Source of the DNA: Pecten maximus
Taxonomy: Eukaryota
Assembly: GCF_902652985.1 (NCBI RefSeq)
Contig: NC_047024.1
Coordinates: 4,030,001-4,094,000 of the forward strand
Length of the DNA: 64,000 nt
Direction of reading: 5' to 3'
A model generated the notes under the pieces. The model was not told the origin of the DNA and searched no databases. It saw only the letters and a program-made list of their open reading frames with translations. Of this stretch, positions 26,515 to 41,432 are shown piece after piece. Each line of letters begins with the position of its first letter. Within the stretch, counting starts at the first letter, position 1. A program made the position numbers and the translations under genes.

Positions 26515-27240
26515 GGCATCACATTTCCACAATAGAGTGGCATCACATTGTCATCAGTATGGCATCACATGATCACAACTATGTGGCACCACATTGTTAC
26601 AACAGTGTGGCATCACATTGACAACAATGTGGCACCTCATCATGTCAGTGTGGCATCACATGGTCACAACAATGTGGCATCCCATGATTACAACAATGTG
26701 GCATCACATTGACACAACAGTGGCACCTCGTCATGTCAGTGTGGCATCACATTGTCACAACAGTGTGGCATCACATTGACAACAATGTGGCACCTCGTCA
26801 TGTCAGTGTGGCATCACATTGTCACAACAGTGTGGCATCACATTGACAACAATGTGGCACCTCATCATGTCAGGTGGCATTACATGGTCACAACAATGTG
26901 GCATCACATGGTCACAACAATGTGGCATCACATTTACACCACAGTGTGGCATCACATTTACACAACAGTGTGGCACCTCATCATGTCAGTGTGGCATCAC
27001 ATTGTCACATAATATTGTTAAAACAGTTTGGCACCACATTGTCACACACAACAGTGTGGTGCCACATTGTTACAGTATGGCATTACATTGTCACACCAGA
27101 ATGGTGCCAAATTGTTACAACAGGTGGCACCACATTGTCAGAGCAGGTGTCACCACACTGTCACAGCGGGTGGCACCACATTGTCACAGCGGGTGGCACC
27201 ACATTGTCACAACAGAGTGGCAACCATATTGTCACACAGA
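26515..27240. repeat. Degenerate ~21-24-bp minisatellite
   Basis: tgtggcatcacattgtcacaacag-like units. Confidence 0.85.
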
Positions 27241-27599
27241 ATGGCATTGCTGCTTTTAAATGTTAAGCCTGTTCATTCAGTTCTACAAACACTACACCAT
27301 GTCAGATTATTTCTATACAGTGTTATCCCCTGCTCATGAAAGGGGATCACGATACTTGGGGATTATGAATTACATAGCTGTCACACAATCCACATAGGCT
27401 GTTTTCTATTTATAAAACATCTGAATCTGATGTCTGTTGAGGGAGGTTTAGAGTGACGATAACATCTTCAGATGTACTTAATACATAGACTTAGTTCTTG
27501 TTTTCATACAGGATAAAGGTTTTAAGATTTAAAAATAGTTAAAGGTCAAACTTTATGTCTATAGAGGTTTAAATTTTAACAACAACAAATATTTAAAAG

Positions 27600-27935
27600 T
27601 TAATGACTGCAGAGGTTTAAAGGTTTAGGGCTATAGGGGTTAAAGTATTAAGATCTACAGGGGTTAAACTGTCAAGGACTACAGAGGTTTAAAGGTCAAG
27701 GACTCCAGAGGTTTAAAGGTCAAGGACTACAGAGGTTTAAAGGTTTAGGGCTATAGGAGTTAAAATATTAAGATCTACTGGGGTTAAACTGTCAAGGACT
27801 ACAGAGGTTTAAAGGTGAAGTAATACAGAGGTTTAAAGGCCAAGGACTACAGAGGTTTAAAGGTCAAGGACTACAGAGGTTTAAAGGTCAAGGACTCCAG
27901 TGATGTAATGTTTAAGGACTACAGAGGTTTAAAAG
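27600..27935. repeat. ~24-bp minisatellite
   Basis: gaggtttaaaggtcaaggactaca units. Confidence 0.82.
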
Positions 27936-28221
27936 TTTTGTGGATGTCACACAAGCATTTCTCGTTATTTGACTGAAGGAATATGAATCTGGATCAAACA
28001 ACCAAATAAAAAGTGGCACAGAACATGAGGGATCATCCCAAATATTCCTCAATGTAATGAGAACGTGTGTAACATTAGTGAGATTTTCTGGTGACCATTT
28101 ACAGTATGTCCAGGTTGGTTTAAGGGAAACAAGTATGGGTTGGTTTTAGTTACACACTTCCTGAATGTATCAAAAGGAATTCAATATTGATAATATCCTC
28201 AAACTTTTATTTATTTTTCAG

Positions 28222-28850
28222 ATCCCAAAGTGAAATTAGAAACATCTGAAATGGGTTCCTTTGAAGTTCCATCCAATTATTTACAGACACAATGGTCAGA
28301 GGAGACTTCGGGCTCTGAGACACCGATATCATATATGACCACCATTTCCAGTCCAGAAACCATGATGACCTTGACCCCTTGTGGCCCAGACATGAAATGT
28401 CCTGAGTGTGATTTCGTGACAAGTAAAATGTATGTAATGATTAGGCACAGACAGAGCCATTCTGTGCAAACGTTCAAATGTTCCAGATGTCCGAAGTCTT
28501 ATACAAACAAGTCTCAACTCGATAAACATGTACGCTTCAAACACACAGGTCAAGGTCATCTGGTGTGTGACCTCTGTGGTAGAAAGTACACTAGTAACAC
28601 TGGCCTGCGGATGCACAAGCAGAGCGTGCATGAGCATCGATACAACTACCAATGTGAAATCTGTGATAAGAAGTTCATGCATCTGAGTCACTACAAGGGC
28701 CACGTGAGCTCGCATTACTCTGTCAAGCCCGAGCTTTGTACCATGTGTGGTAAAAGCTTCCGTTTTGCCCAGGATCTCTCTCGCCATATTAAAATCTGTG
28801 GCAACCAAACAGGAATAGTATCGAAAAGAAGGTCTGATAGCAACACTTAA
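28222..28850 (+). CDS. Putative alternative terminal exon 11: 5 zinc fingers, 'type B' paralog of exon 1
   Basis: Acceptor cttttatttatttttcAG at 28220-28221, phase 1 with ORF 28230..28850. Confidence 0.88.
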
Positions 28851-28952
28851 CCAAAAGCTTCTGTGTCACCATCTTGTTTTCTCTCGCCATACTGAACATC
28901 CTAACAGAACGAGTATCGGAAAAAAAAATTGATTAGCAATACTTAACCAAGA

Positions 28953-29205
28953 TCTCTGACTGTTCAATCAAACAATATTAATGGCACTGTACAAAAGTTT
29001 TGCATATTACACCACATCTCTGACTGTTCAATTAAACAATATTAATGGCACTGTACAAAAGTTTTGCATATTACACCACATCTCTGACTGTTCAATTAAA
29101 CAATATTAATGGCACAGTACAAAAGTGTTACATATTACACCACATCTCTGACTGTTCAATTAAACAATATTAATGGCACTGTACCGAAGTTTAGCATACA
29201 CCACA
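28953..29205. repeat. ~64-bp tandem repeat, about 4 copies
   Basis: tctctgactgttcaattaaacaatattaatggcactgtacaaaagtt... repeated. Confidence 0.85.
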
Positions 29206-29981
29206 GTATCTTGTTTTATGAAACCTTGGAGTTCGAAATTATGTTTGTTTTCATTTTGTCTTCCACATTTTCATAGATTGATTTGTATATGTACGAATAG
29301 ACCGATTGATCAGTACCGTAATATCTCATCCTAGTGGTAAATCAGTGTTTTTATATCTAGCAATGACAGCCATTATGATTTAGCTTTCACTAAAATTACT
29401 AAAATATCATTTAACTGAATTTATATATAAAATCTTTGCTGAACAAAAATATATTGATAATTTGAATGAGTTGCTTTAAGTTTTGTAGATTAGAATCATA
29501 CATTGTGTGTAACAGTTGGACGTTCTGTAGATAAAAATGTATGTTTGTTTATATTTTTGTATATGAAGCTTTGTAGTTGAGAAGTTTTGTAGATGAGTAT
29601 GGGCAATTGTTTTTAACAAATGTTTAATAATTTGGATATTTATGTTTATTTGTAATTTCCTTTCTGTACACATTGTATTATAAACTGGTCATAAAGACCA
29701 ACACCTCACAAGTTGAGACGGAGTTAGGGAGCTGCACTGTTTATTTCTGATTCCTACCAGACAACTATACATATATACCCTTAGTAGTTTTAGGGATCAG
29801 AAGGATCCCCTCCTGGTTTTGGTCAACTGGAACATGAATCATGTAGTCGCCCTCCCTTCTGTTTACACGTCACCGTTTTAGTTATAATCTTTGAACTACA
29901 CTTGTTTTCACTAATAAAATCATATCTGTATTTAAAGTGTCATAGTTATGTATAAAATTACCAAATATGTAGCCAGACTGG

Positions 29982-31158
29982 ACTTACCATACACCATATA
30001 TGTAGAGGGATTACACTTACCATACACCATATATGTAGAGGGATTACACTTACCATACACCATATATGTAGAGATTACACTTACCATACACCATATATGT
30101 AGAGATTACACTTACCATACACCATATATGTAGAGGGGATTACACTTACCATACACCATATATGTAGAGGGATTACACTTACCATACACCATATATGTAG
30201 ATATTACACTTACCATACACCATATATGTAGAGATTACACTTACCATACACCATATATGTAGAGATTACACTTACCATACACCATATATGTAGAGGGATT
30301 ACACTTACCATACACCATATATGTAGAGATTACACTTACCATACACCATATATGTAGAGGGATTACACTTACCATACACCATATATGTAGAGGGATTACA
30401 CTTACCATACACCATATATGTAGAGATTACACTTACCATACACCATATATGTAGAGGATTACACTTACCATACACCATATATGTAGAGATTACACTTACC
30501 ATACACCATATATGGTAGAGGATACACTTACCATACACCATATATGTAGAGATTACACTTACCATACACCATATATGTAGAGGGATTACACTTACCATAC
30601 ACCATATATGTAGAGGGACTACACTTACCATACACCATATATGTAGAGGGATTACACTTACCATACACCATATATGTAGAGGGATTACACTTACCATACA
30701 CCATATATGTAGAGGGATTACACTTACCATACACCATATATGTAGAGGGATTACACTTACCATACACCATATATGTAGAGGGATTACACTTACCATACAC
30801 CATATATGTAGAGATTACACTTACCATACACCATATATGTAGAGGGATTACACTTACCATACACCATATATGTAGAGGGATTACACTTACCATACACCAT
30901 ATATGTAGAGATTACACTTACCATACACCATATATGTAGAGATTACACTTACCATACACCATATATGTAGAGGGATTACACTTACCATACACCATATATG
31001 TAGAGGGATTACACTTACCATACACCATATATGTAGAGATTACACTTACCATACACCATATATGTAGAGGGATTACACTTACCATACACCATATATGTAG
31101 AGGGATTACACTTACCATACACCATATATGTAGATGGATTACACTTACCATACACCAT
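29982..31158. repeat. 31/33-bp minisatellite, about 36 copies; - strand unit contains TG/GTAAGT
   Basis: acttaccatacaccatatatgtagag(gg)attac repeated. Confidence 0.95.
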
Positions 31159-32204
31159 AATGACCATATATATGTAAGGCCGGACTAGGCTGAATGAGGT
31201 GCGCTAGGTAACTCAAATTGTTAGAGTGTTTGTCTACAGTTGAGAGGTCCTGGGTTACATCACTGTCTCTGCCATTGTTGTTCTCACCTACATATCGGTC
31301 ATCTTGTGGTAGGACCTTCTTATCCTCTTGTGAAATGAAAACTTCATTAAATATGCTAATTTCATCGTGACTTGGACATACTTGTAAGAAATAACGAGCG
31401 TTGACATGAAATCCTACAATTCTGTATTTAATATACTCCATTCAGATTGTGTAATGCTGTACATTATCAAACCTCAGTGAAGGCTGGTCAACAGATAGGA
31501 TTAATAAAAGCTGTAGCTGATGATGAATGTATCATGTATTTAACACACCAGCATTAATATTGATGATTGGCTATAGACAGTTTATACACAACACAACAAT
31601 TGATAGAAGGTACAAAGAATTTATTGTTCTAAACCTTGCAACTTGTTCAAGCTTAAACAATAATAAATTTTTGGCATTCTCAGGGGCTGCTTTGTTACTA
31701 CTACAATACAATTTAAAACACAAATAAAACAACATCATTATTTACAACAAATACTTGTTAAATGATAGTAAAGGATAAATGGAACATAATAACCTGATAA
31801 TATAAGAAATTTTACAGAGGTCAAAGTCGTGGAGTGATCCCCGAGCTTGAGCGATCCCAAGCTTACCGACTAAGACTGGAGTCCGTCATATATCATCCAC
31901 AAATTTCAAAATATATACATTTATAATTTCATTGATACATAAATGATGATATGTGGATTTACCAATGTAGATTAAAGAGGTCTTGTACATACAATAATGT
32001 ACATTATTATGTAGGTATTAAACATACCAGGCAGTAGGTCACACTCTCGCGTGTTATCAGGTGAATACATGTAATTTGTGTTTCAGCGGTCAGTACTACA
32101 GAGTATTTAAAATGACGCTCTGTTAACGGTACATAGTCACATGGATGGACATATCGTTTAATATAGAAATCATGGTAGAAACATAGACCACATATCCGGA
32201 AATA

Positions 32205-35200
32205 TGAAGTGACAACCTACAGTTATCAATGAATATAAAGTGACAACCTACAGTTATCAATAAATATAATGTGACAACCTACAGTTATCAATAAATATGA
32301 TGTGACAGCCTACAGTTAAAATAAATATGATGTGACAACCTACATTTATCAATAAATATGATGTGACAACCTACAGTTAACAGGAAATATCATGTGACAA
32401 CCTACAGTTAACACGAAATATCACGTGACAACCTACAGTTATCAATAAATATAATGTGACAACCTACAGTTATCAATAAATATGATGTGACAACCTACAG
32501 TTATCAATTAATATAATGTGACAACCTACAGTTATCAATAAATATGTGACAACCTACAGTTATCAATAAACACGATGTCACAACCTACAGTTATCTGGAA
32601 ATATGATGTGACAATCTACAGTTCTCAATAAATATGATGTGACAACCTACAGTTATCAATAAATATAATGTGACAACCTACAGTTATCAATAAATATGAT
32701 GTGACAACCTACAATTATCAATAAATATAATGTGACAACCTACAGTTATCAATAAATATAATGTGACAACCTACAGTTATCAATAAATATGATGTGACAA
32801 CCTACAATTATCAATAAATATAATGTGACAACCTACAGTTATCAATAAATATAATGTGACAACCTACAGTTCTCAATAAATATGATGTGACAACCTGCAG
32901 TTATCAATAAATATGATGTGACAACCTACAGTTATCAATAAATATAATGTGACAACATGATGTGACAACCTACAATTATCAATAAATACAATGTGACAAC
33001 ATACAGTTATCAATAAATATAATGTGACAACCTAGTTATCAATAAATATGATGTGACAACCTACAGTTATCAGGAAATATAATGTGACAACCTACAGTTA
33101 TCAATAAATATAATGTGACAACCTACAGTTATCAATAAATATGATGTGACAACCTACAGTTATCAATAAATATAATGTGACAACCTACAGTTATCAATAA
33201 ATATGATGTGACAACTTAAAGTTATAAATAAATATGATGTGACAACCTACAGTTATCAGGAAATATAATGTGACAACCTGCAGTTATCAATAAATATGAT
33301 GTGACAACCTACAGTTATCAATAAATATGATGTGACAACCTACAGTTACCAGGAAATATAATGTGACAACCTACAGTTACCAGGAAATATAATGTGACAA
33401 TCTACAGTTACCAGGAAATATAATGTGACAATCTACAGTTATCAGGAAATATAATGTGACAATCTACAGTTATCAGGAAATATAATGTGACAACCTGCAG
33501 TTATCAATAAATATGATGTGACAACCTGCAGTTATCAATAAATATGATGTGACAACCTAGTTATCAATAAATATGATGTGACAACCTACAGTTACCAGGA
33601 AATATAATGTGACAACCTACAGTTACCAGGAAATATGATGTGACAATCTACAGTTATCAATAAATATAATGTGACAATCTACAGTTATCAGGAAATATAA
33701 TGTGACAACCTACAGTTATCAATAAATATGATGTGACAACCTACAGTTATCAATAAATATGATGTGACAACCTACAGTTATCAATAAATATAATGTGACA
33801 ACCTACATATATCAATAAATATGATGTGACAACCTGCAGTTATCAATAAATATGATGTGACAACCTACAGTTATCAATAAATATGATGTGACAATCTACA
33901 GTTATCAATAAATATGATGTGACAACCTACAGTTACCAGGAAATATAATGTGACAACCTACAGTTATCAATAAATATGATGTGACAACCTACAGTTACCA
34001 GGAAATATAATGTGACAACCTACAGTTATCAATAAATATGATGTGACAATCTACAGTTACAAGGAAATATGATGTGACAACCTAGTTATCAATGAATATG
34101 ATGTGACAACCTGCAGTTATCAATAAATATGATGTGACAACCTACAGTTATCAATAAATATGATGTGACAACCTACAGTTATCAATAAATATAATGTGAC
34201 AACCTACAGTTATCAATAAATATGATGTGACAACATACAGTTATCAATAAATATAATGTGACAACCTACAGTTATCAATAAATATGATGTGACAACCTAC
34301 AGTTACCAGGAAATATGATGTGACAATCTACAGTTATCAATAAATATGATGTGACAACCTACAGTTATCAGGAAATATGATGTGACAAATCTACAGTTAT
34401 CAATAAATATGATGTGACAACCTACAGTTACCAGGAAATATAATGTGACAACCTACAGTTACCAGGAAATATGATGTGACAATCTACAGTTACAAGGAAA
34501 TATGATGTGACAACCTAGTTATCAATGAATATGATGTGACAACCTGCAGTTATCAATAAATATGATGTGACAACCTACAGTTATCAATAAAGATGATGTG
34601 ACAACCTACATTTATCAATAAATATGATATGACAACCTACAGTTATCAATAAATATGATGTGACAACCTACAGTTATCAATAAATATGATGTGACAACCT
34701 AGTTATCAATAAATATGATGTGACAACCTACAGTTATCAATAAATATAATGTGACAACATACAGTTATCAGTAAATATAATGTGACAACATACAGTTATC
34801 AGTAAATATAATGTGACAACCTAGTTATCAGTAAATATGATGTGACAACCTACATTTATCAATAAATATAATGTGACAACCTACAGTTATCAGTAAATAT
34901 AATGTGACAACCTACATTTATCAATAAATATGATGTGACAACCTACAGTTATCAGTAAATATAATGTGACAACCTAGTTATCAATAAATATGATGTGACA
35001 ACCTACAGTTATCAATAAATATAATGTGACAACATGATGTGACAACCTACAATTATCAATAAATACAATGTGACAACATACAGTTATCAATAAATATAAT
35101 GTGACAACCTACAGTTATCAATAAATATGATGTGACAACCTACAATTATCAATAAATACAATGTGACAACCTACAGTTATCAATAAATATAATGTGACAA

Positions 35201-35460
35201 CCTACAGTTATCAGTAAATATAATGTGACAACCTAGTTATCAATAAATATGATGTGACAATCTACAGTTATCAATGAATATGATGTGACAACCTACAGTT
35301 ATCAGGAAATATAATGTGACAACCTACGGTTACCAGGAAATATAATGTGACAACCTACAGTTATCAGGAAATATGATGTGACAACCTACAGTTATCAATA
35401 AATATAATGTGACAACCTACAGTTATCAATAAATATGATGTGACAACCTACATATATCAG
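32205..35460. repeat. 31-bp minisatellite, about 100 copies
   Basis: atgtgacaacctacagttatcaataaatatg repeated over ~3.25 kb. Confidence 0.96.
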
Positions 35461-36484
35461 GAGACCACTTATAGTAGGGTATGTCATTTCAATAGAGACC
35501 CCTTGTTAACACTGCCTATAAAGAGACTGTATTACATATGAGTATTCCATCCTCCTAAAACATCCCTTCAAAATAGATCACTACAGTAATATTCTGTTAA
35601 TCCCTTTAAAGAGACTGTACTCCGGAATCATATGACATTACATGATCGTAGAGAAAAAACATACTATACTTGTCGAAATTCATCCCTCTTACACAGAAAT
35701 TAATATAACAGTTTTCACTTGTTTCAGGAATTACATTTATTTTGAAAAAAAAAAAAAAAGATCATTCCTTATATTTATTTTCTATTTTATCTGTTAAAGC
35801 CCCCAATGATAAAAAAGAGCTTTCTTTCGTGTTTTTACCTGGGAGTATCGTCGGAAGAAGAACAACGGGTGAGCCGTTTACGTGGGAAAGTGTGAGACAG
35901 TTCTTTGCATGGTCTTAGCATGGTCTTAGCAACCGTCATAACAACAACACGAACAAAATGTAGTTCCAACCACAATACTTATTCTGTGAAATTTTTTCAT
36001 ATTTATTTTTAAATACCAATGATGTGATAAACAGAAACTTACACTCTTGGTCATTATTGATCTGGTTCAGTAACTTTATGTGCTACTCTCCTAAAGGCTC
36101 GTGATATATAAAATTATTGAACTTGTTAAGTAACTTCTATATGACAAAGCCACGTACGAGTGTAACATTAGGTATGTATGCCACAGTAAATCAAGAATAA
36201 TCACAGTTAGGGAGCTCTCTGGCAGGAGGACATTCAGTACCTACTACAAGTAAGCAGTAGTTGGTATGATTTGTCAGTACTGTAGAGTAGCTACAGCACA
36301 TAAGGGAATCCTCTGGATAACTCGGGAACACAAAACAATCACTCTGCTTTCAGCATCTTTATTTGTGTTGGGGAGATGAACTTCTGTTGTGTTTTATATC
36401 ATTGATTGGTGATGGGAAATATTTTACACATTGTAATTATGTTGTGTCAAACTTTCATATTGCTGTACAGCTTTGATGGTACCC

Positions 36485-36640
36485 TGTTAATACTGATTGT
36501 CTCCTTGTTACTGATTGTCTCCCTTGTTACTGATTGTCTCCCTTGTTACTGATTATCTCCCTTGTTACTGATTGTCTCCCTTGTAACTGATTGTCTCCCT
36601 TGTTACTGATTATCTCCCCTGTTTCTGATTATTTCCCTTA
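36485..36640. repeat. ~20-bp pyrimidine-rich repeat immediately upstream of the exon 12 acceptor
   Basis: cccttgttactgattgtctc units. Confidence 0.85.
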
Positions 36641-36667
36641 CTGGCATCTGTTTTATCTCCCGTCTAG

Positions 36668-37206
36668 GTGAGATGAGCCCGGGGGGAGAGGACGACCACA
36701 CCCTGGGGATAGAGCTTGGACCTGTAAGGACTGTGAAGAGGTACCCCTGTTCTCAATGCCAGAAGATCTGTAAGACTCCAGAAGACCTGATCCGACACCA
36801 GACCATTCACCAAAAGCCCATTATTGTTTGCCGTATTTGTGAAAATCTTTCGTTTCCTACACCACAAAATCTGAAGGACCATCTGATCCAACATCATGGC
36901 CATGAATTTACACACTTCTGTTTCCAGTGTGGTAAGGGTTTCAAGTCGGACGCAGGCATCAAGGATCACCAAAAGGTGTACCATGTGACCTCGTTAGAAT
37001 GCCCGGTGTGTGAAGTGTGCGGGAAATCTTTTGCCTTGAGGAATCGTCTAGTGGTACACATGCGAAGTCATTCCCATCAACGTCCATTTATCTGCCCCCA
37101 TTGTGGCAAAGCCTACAAGCACAAACATGGATTAAAAACTCACATTCAGACAAGTTGCCTCCCCTCAATGGGTGCCTCATACAACCCTAACGACAACATC
37201 CAGTGA
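36668..37206 (+). CDS. Putative alternative terminal exon 12: 5 zinc fingers
   Basis: Acceptor ttttatctcccgtctAG at 36666-36667, phase 1 with ORF 36673..37206. Confidence 0.88.
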
Positions 37207-37245
37207 GGTCACATGGTAGGTGATTCTATGTTACATGTGTTTAGT

Positions 37246-37445
37246 GTCTGACCAGGGTCAAAGTATTATATATCTGTCCATAGATTGTTCAACGCTTGAC
37301 TCATCTAGCTCTGATGTCCGACCAGAGTCAAAGTATTATATATCTGTCCATAAATTGTTCAACGCTTGACTCATCTAGCTCTGATGTCCGACCAGAGTCA
37401 AAGTATTATATATCTGTCCATAAATTGTTCAAAGCTTGACTCACC
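37246..37445. repeat. 70-bp tandem repeat, about 3 copies
   Basis: gaccagagtcaaagtattatatatctgtccata... x3. Confidence 0.85.
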
Positions 37446-38634
37446 TGGCTTTGATATATTTGCAATAGAAAATCAAAACTTCAAAACAGGGTCTGTTTCA
37501 GCAAAGTCTGGTATGCATGTTTAATATGCTATGTACTCAAGTATCTCATTTTCCCCAGAGATTGAGATTGTTGCTATGGTTTCTGAAATTGAGGACTGAT
37601 TCATCAAAACCAATTTGTACATGAAATCTTTTCCCTTCAAACATGTAACCCTAATTGGGGACGGTTTATAAAACTACACTCGACATACAACCGTCCATTT
37701 CCATGGTACCATGTTTATCCACAATAAGCTCTGATTGGCTGTTTAGAGGTATTAGTTATCTTCAGGATGAGAGCTGTGATTGGTTATTGAGAGTTCTGAT
37801 TGGCTGTTTAGAAATATTAGTTATCCTCAGAATGAGAGCTCTGATTGGTTGTTGAGAGGTATTAGTTATCCTCAGGATGAGAGCTCTGATTGGTTGTTTA
37901 GGAATATTAGTTATCCTCAGGATGAGAGCTCAAGTTAATTCCAAATTCTTCATGTCAACGAAATCACCTGCTTCAGAAAGACAATTGATATGAAACCATT
38001 TTCATTATGACCTCATTTTATGCCAAATATCGAGTTGCCAGAAAAACAGAAGTATCTTTGACTAGATAGTTGTGAGATGTCCTGACCTCGTACACAGAAT
38101 GTTTAGGATCAACGCTGATTTTTCTGTTGTTATACTTTTCGTCAGGCTCAGAAACCATTCAGGAATTTCCATCGAAGTGTAATTTTTTTACTTCAGTACC
38201 AGACGATCTCTGATAGGAAGACTGGTATGTAATAGCTGTATCAGGCCAGACAATATGTTTGTGTTGAAATGTTCTACACAGTATTATGGGCTACACCCTG
38301 TCATATAAGACAGAAACTTGTATATTTCCGGAACACCTTAACATCTTCTGTAGGCATACTGGAAGGTTATTTTGTGTATAGTTTTAGGATGCGGACAATG
38401 GGATAATTGTTCTGGTTTTTAATTTGCCTAGTATCAGAAATACAAACACGATGGTAAAACCTCTGTCAAGTGTACTGCCATGTGATATGTTTACAGTGAC
38501 TTGACACCTGATATGTAATGTTGTTTTACTGTGGGGGTTAGTATATCACCTATTACACTTTATCGAAACTTGAAGATTGTTACATAAAATTTCATTGTAA
38601 TATGAACTTGTTTCTTATTCTGCATACCCTTACA

Positions 38635-39610
38635 TAACACACAGGTACACATCATTTACCTGTACCCCATACAGGTACAAATCATACACCTGTACCCCAT
38701 ACAGGTACACATCATACATCTGTACAATATACAGGTACACATCATTTACCTGTACCCCATACAAGTACACATCATACACCTGTACCCCATACAGGTACAA
38801 ATCATACACCTGTACCCCATACAGGTACAAATCATACACCTGTACAATATACAGGTACACATCATACACCTGTACAATATACAGGTACACATCATACACC
38901 TGTACAATATACAGGTACACATCATACACCTGTACAATATACAGGTACACATCATACACCTATACAATATACAGGTACACACCATACACCTATACAATAT
39001 ACAGGTACACATCATACACCTGTACAATATACAGGTACACACCATACACCTGTACAATATACAGGTACACATCATACACCTGTACAATATACAGGTACAC
39101 ATCATTAAGTTGTACAATATACAGGTACACATCATACACCTGTACAATATACAGGTACACATCATACACCTGTACAATATACAGGTACACATCATACACC
39201 TGTACAATATACAGGTACACATCATACACCTGTACAATATACAGGTACACATCATACACCTGTACAATATACAGGTACACATCATTAAGTTGTACAATAT
39301 ACAGGTACACATCATACACCTGTACAATATACAGGTACACATCATTAAGTTGTACAATATACAGGTACACATCATACACCTGTACAATATACAGGTACAC
39401 ATCATTAAGTTGTACAATATACAGGTACACATCATTAAGTTGTACAATATACAGGTACACATCATACACCTGTACAATGTACAGGTACACATCATACACC
39501 TGTACAATGTACAGGTACACATCATACACCTGTACAATATACAGGTACACATCATTAAGTTGTACAATATACAGGTACACATCATTAAGTTGTACAATAT
39601 ACAGGTACAA
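38635..39610. repeat. 30-bp minisatellite, about 32 copies
   Basis: acaggtacacatcatacacctgtacaatat repeated. Confidence 0.95.
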
Positions 39611-39842
39611 GATCTTTTGTGTGATTACAGTTACTTACGGTAGTTACATTATGCAGAATTTAGTATTCAGCCAATTTGTGTATAATGAGTTACAGCTAGA
39701 GTTCCATGTAATTTTGTTATGTTGATTTAACTAAAGTGCAGAATTCTGCCATCACTATTGTTTTAAGTACAATGCTATAAACTGTGTATATATACATCAG
39801 TGTTGTGTTGACCTTATTCTAGCCTGAGGTTCTCTTTTCCAG

Positions 39843-40354
39843 CCGAGACTGATGAGGAAGGAGCACCAGATGAGCTTGGAGAAGAAACCAAAACCTTGCC
39901 TGAGACGCACTTCTGTCCGATATGCAATGTGCCATTCAAATCGAAAAAACGTTTGGGGAACCACATCCTATTCCATAGGGAGACATTACATCGCTGTACC
40001 CTCTGTGACATACGTTTCACCAGTCGAGAAACACTCAAAGATCACATGTTGAGCATCCATAGCAGCCAGTTCTACCATTTTTGTTTTGATTGTGGTAAGG
40101 CTTTCAAGTCTTATTCTGGCTTCAACGACCACAACAAGACAAACCATGGCACGGGCGCCCACAAATGTGACGTCTGCGGCAAGTCTTTCTCCTGTAACAG
40201 CCGACTTCTTGTCCACAAACGTAGTCACTCCAATGAGCGACCATTTGTGTGCAACAGATGTGGTCGTCGATACAAACACAAAAAGCCATACAGGGACCAT
40301 GTGTGTATCTACCAGCAGCCAAGTGATGATCCGGACTTTGTCGTAAAGTACTAA
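39843..40354 (+). CDS. Putative alternative terminal exon 13: 5 zinc fingers; paralog of exon 14
   Basis: Acceptor ttctcttttccAG at 39841-39842, phase 1. Frame is open (AETDEEGAPDELGEETK) into ORF 39896..40354. Confidence 0.88.
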
Positions 40355-40839
40355 ACGATGGCCTTTCATAGTCTTTATCTGAAAACTGTACGAAATCTAG
40401 GACACGAGTGTGTGTATTACTATTCTGGACCTTGTTTTGAATCAGAAATCAGCAATATGACTGGATATGAAATCTGACAATGAAAATTTGTGAATCAAAA
40501 TTGATACGTTGATATATGTATTGATTTACTCTCATGATATTCATATTCTTCAGACAAACCAAATTGTCTACGTACGTACGGTAGGCCTACGTAGTGCGGT
40601 TTGTAATCAGGTACAATCTAACAAAACATCGTCCGACCAGTCATATCCGAATTCTACCGGTTATTTTGATCAACTTTCCCAAACCGAACCCTCTATAGAC
40701 CGAACAAATATCCATGTCCAATGCATGTTCGGTTCATAGAGGTTCCATTGTAGCTACTGTTTGAAATTTTATTGATCAAAATTTCCAGTATGTCTTGACA
40801 TGAAATAATTGAGAGCCGGTGTCATCAATAAACATACAA

Positions 40840-41432
40840 AGGAATTAAAGGTCCACACAACATGTACACTTGGTAAAATCAATTAAAAGTTTATCTATAA
40901 TTGAGGAATTAAAGGTCCACACAACATGTACACTTGGTAAAATCAATTAAAAGTTTATCTATAACTGAGGAATTAAATATCAACACAACATGTACACTTG
41001 GTAAAATCAATTAAAAGTTTATCTATAACTGAGGAATTAAATATCAACACAACATGTACACCTGGTAAAATCAATTAAAAGTTTATCTATATATAGCTGA
41101 GGAATTAAATATCAACACAACATGTACACTTGGTAAAATCAATTAAAAGTTTATCTATATATAGCTGAGGAATTAAAGATCAACATAACATGTACACTTG
41201 GTAATTTTCATTCAAAATTTATCTATACCTCAGCAAGTAAATATCAACACAACATGTATATTTGGTAAAGTCAATTAAAAGTTTATCTATAACTGAGAAA
41301 TGAAAGGTCCACACAACATGTACACTTTGTGAAGCCCATTAAAGTTAATCTATAATTGAGAAATTAAAGGCCAACACAACATGTACACCTGGTAAAGTCA
41401 ATTAAAACTTTATCTATATCTGAGGAATTAAA
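40840..41432. repeat. ~63-bp tandem repeat
   Basis: gaggaattaaatatcaacacaacatgtacacttggtaaaatcaattaaaagtttatctataact units. Confidence 0.88.
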
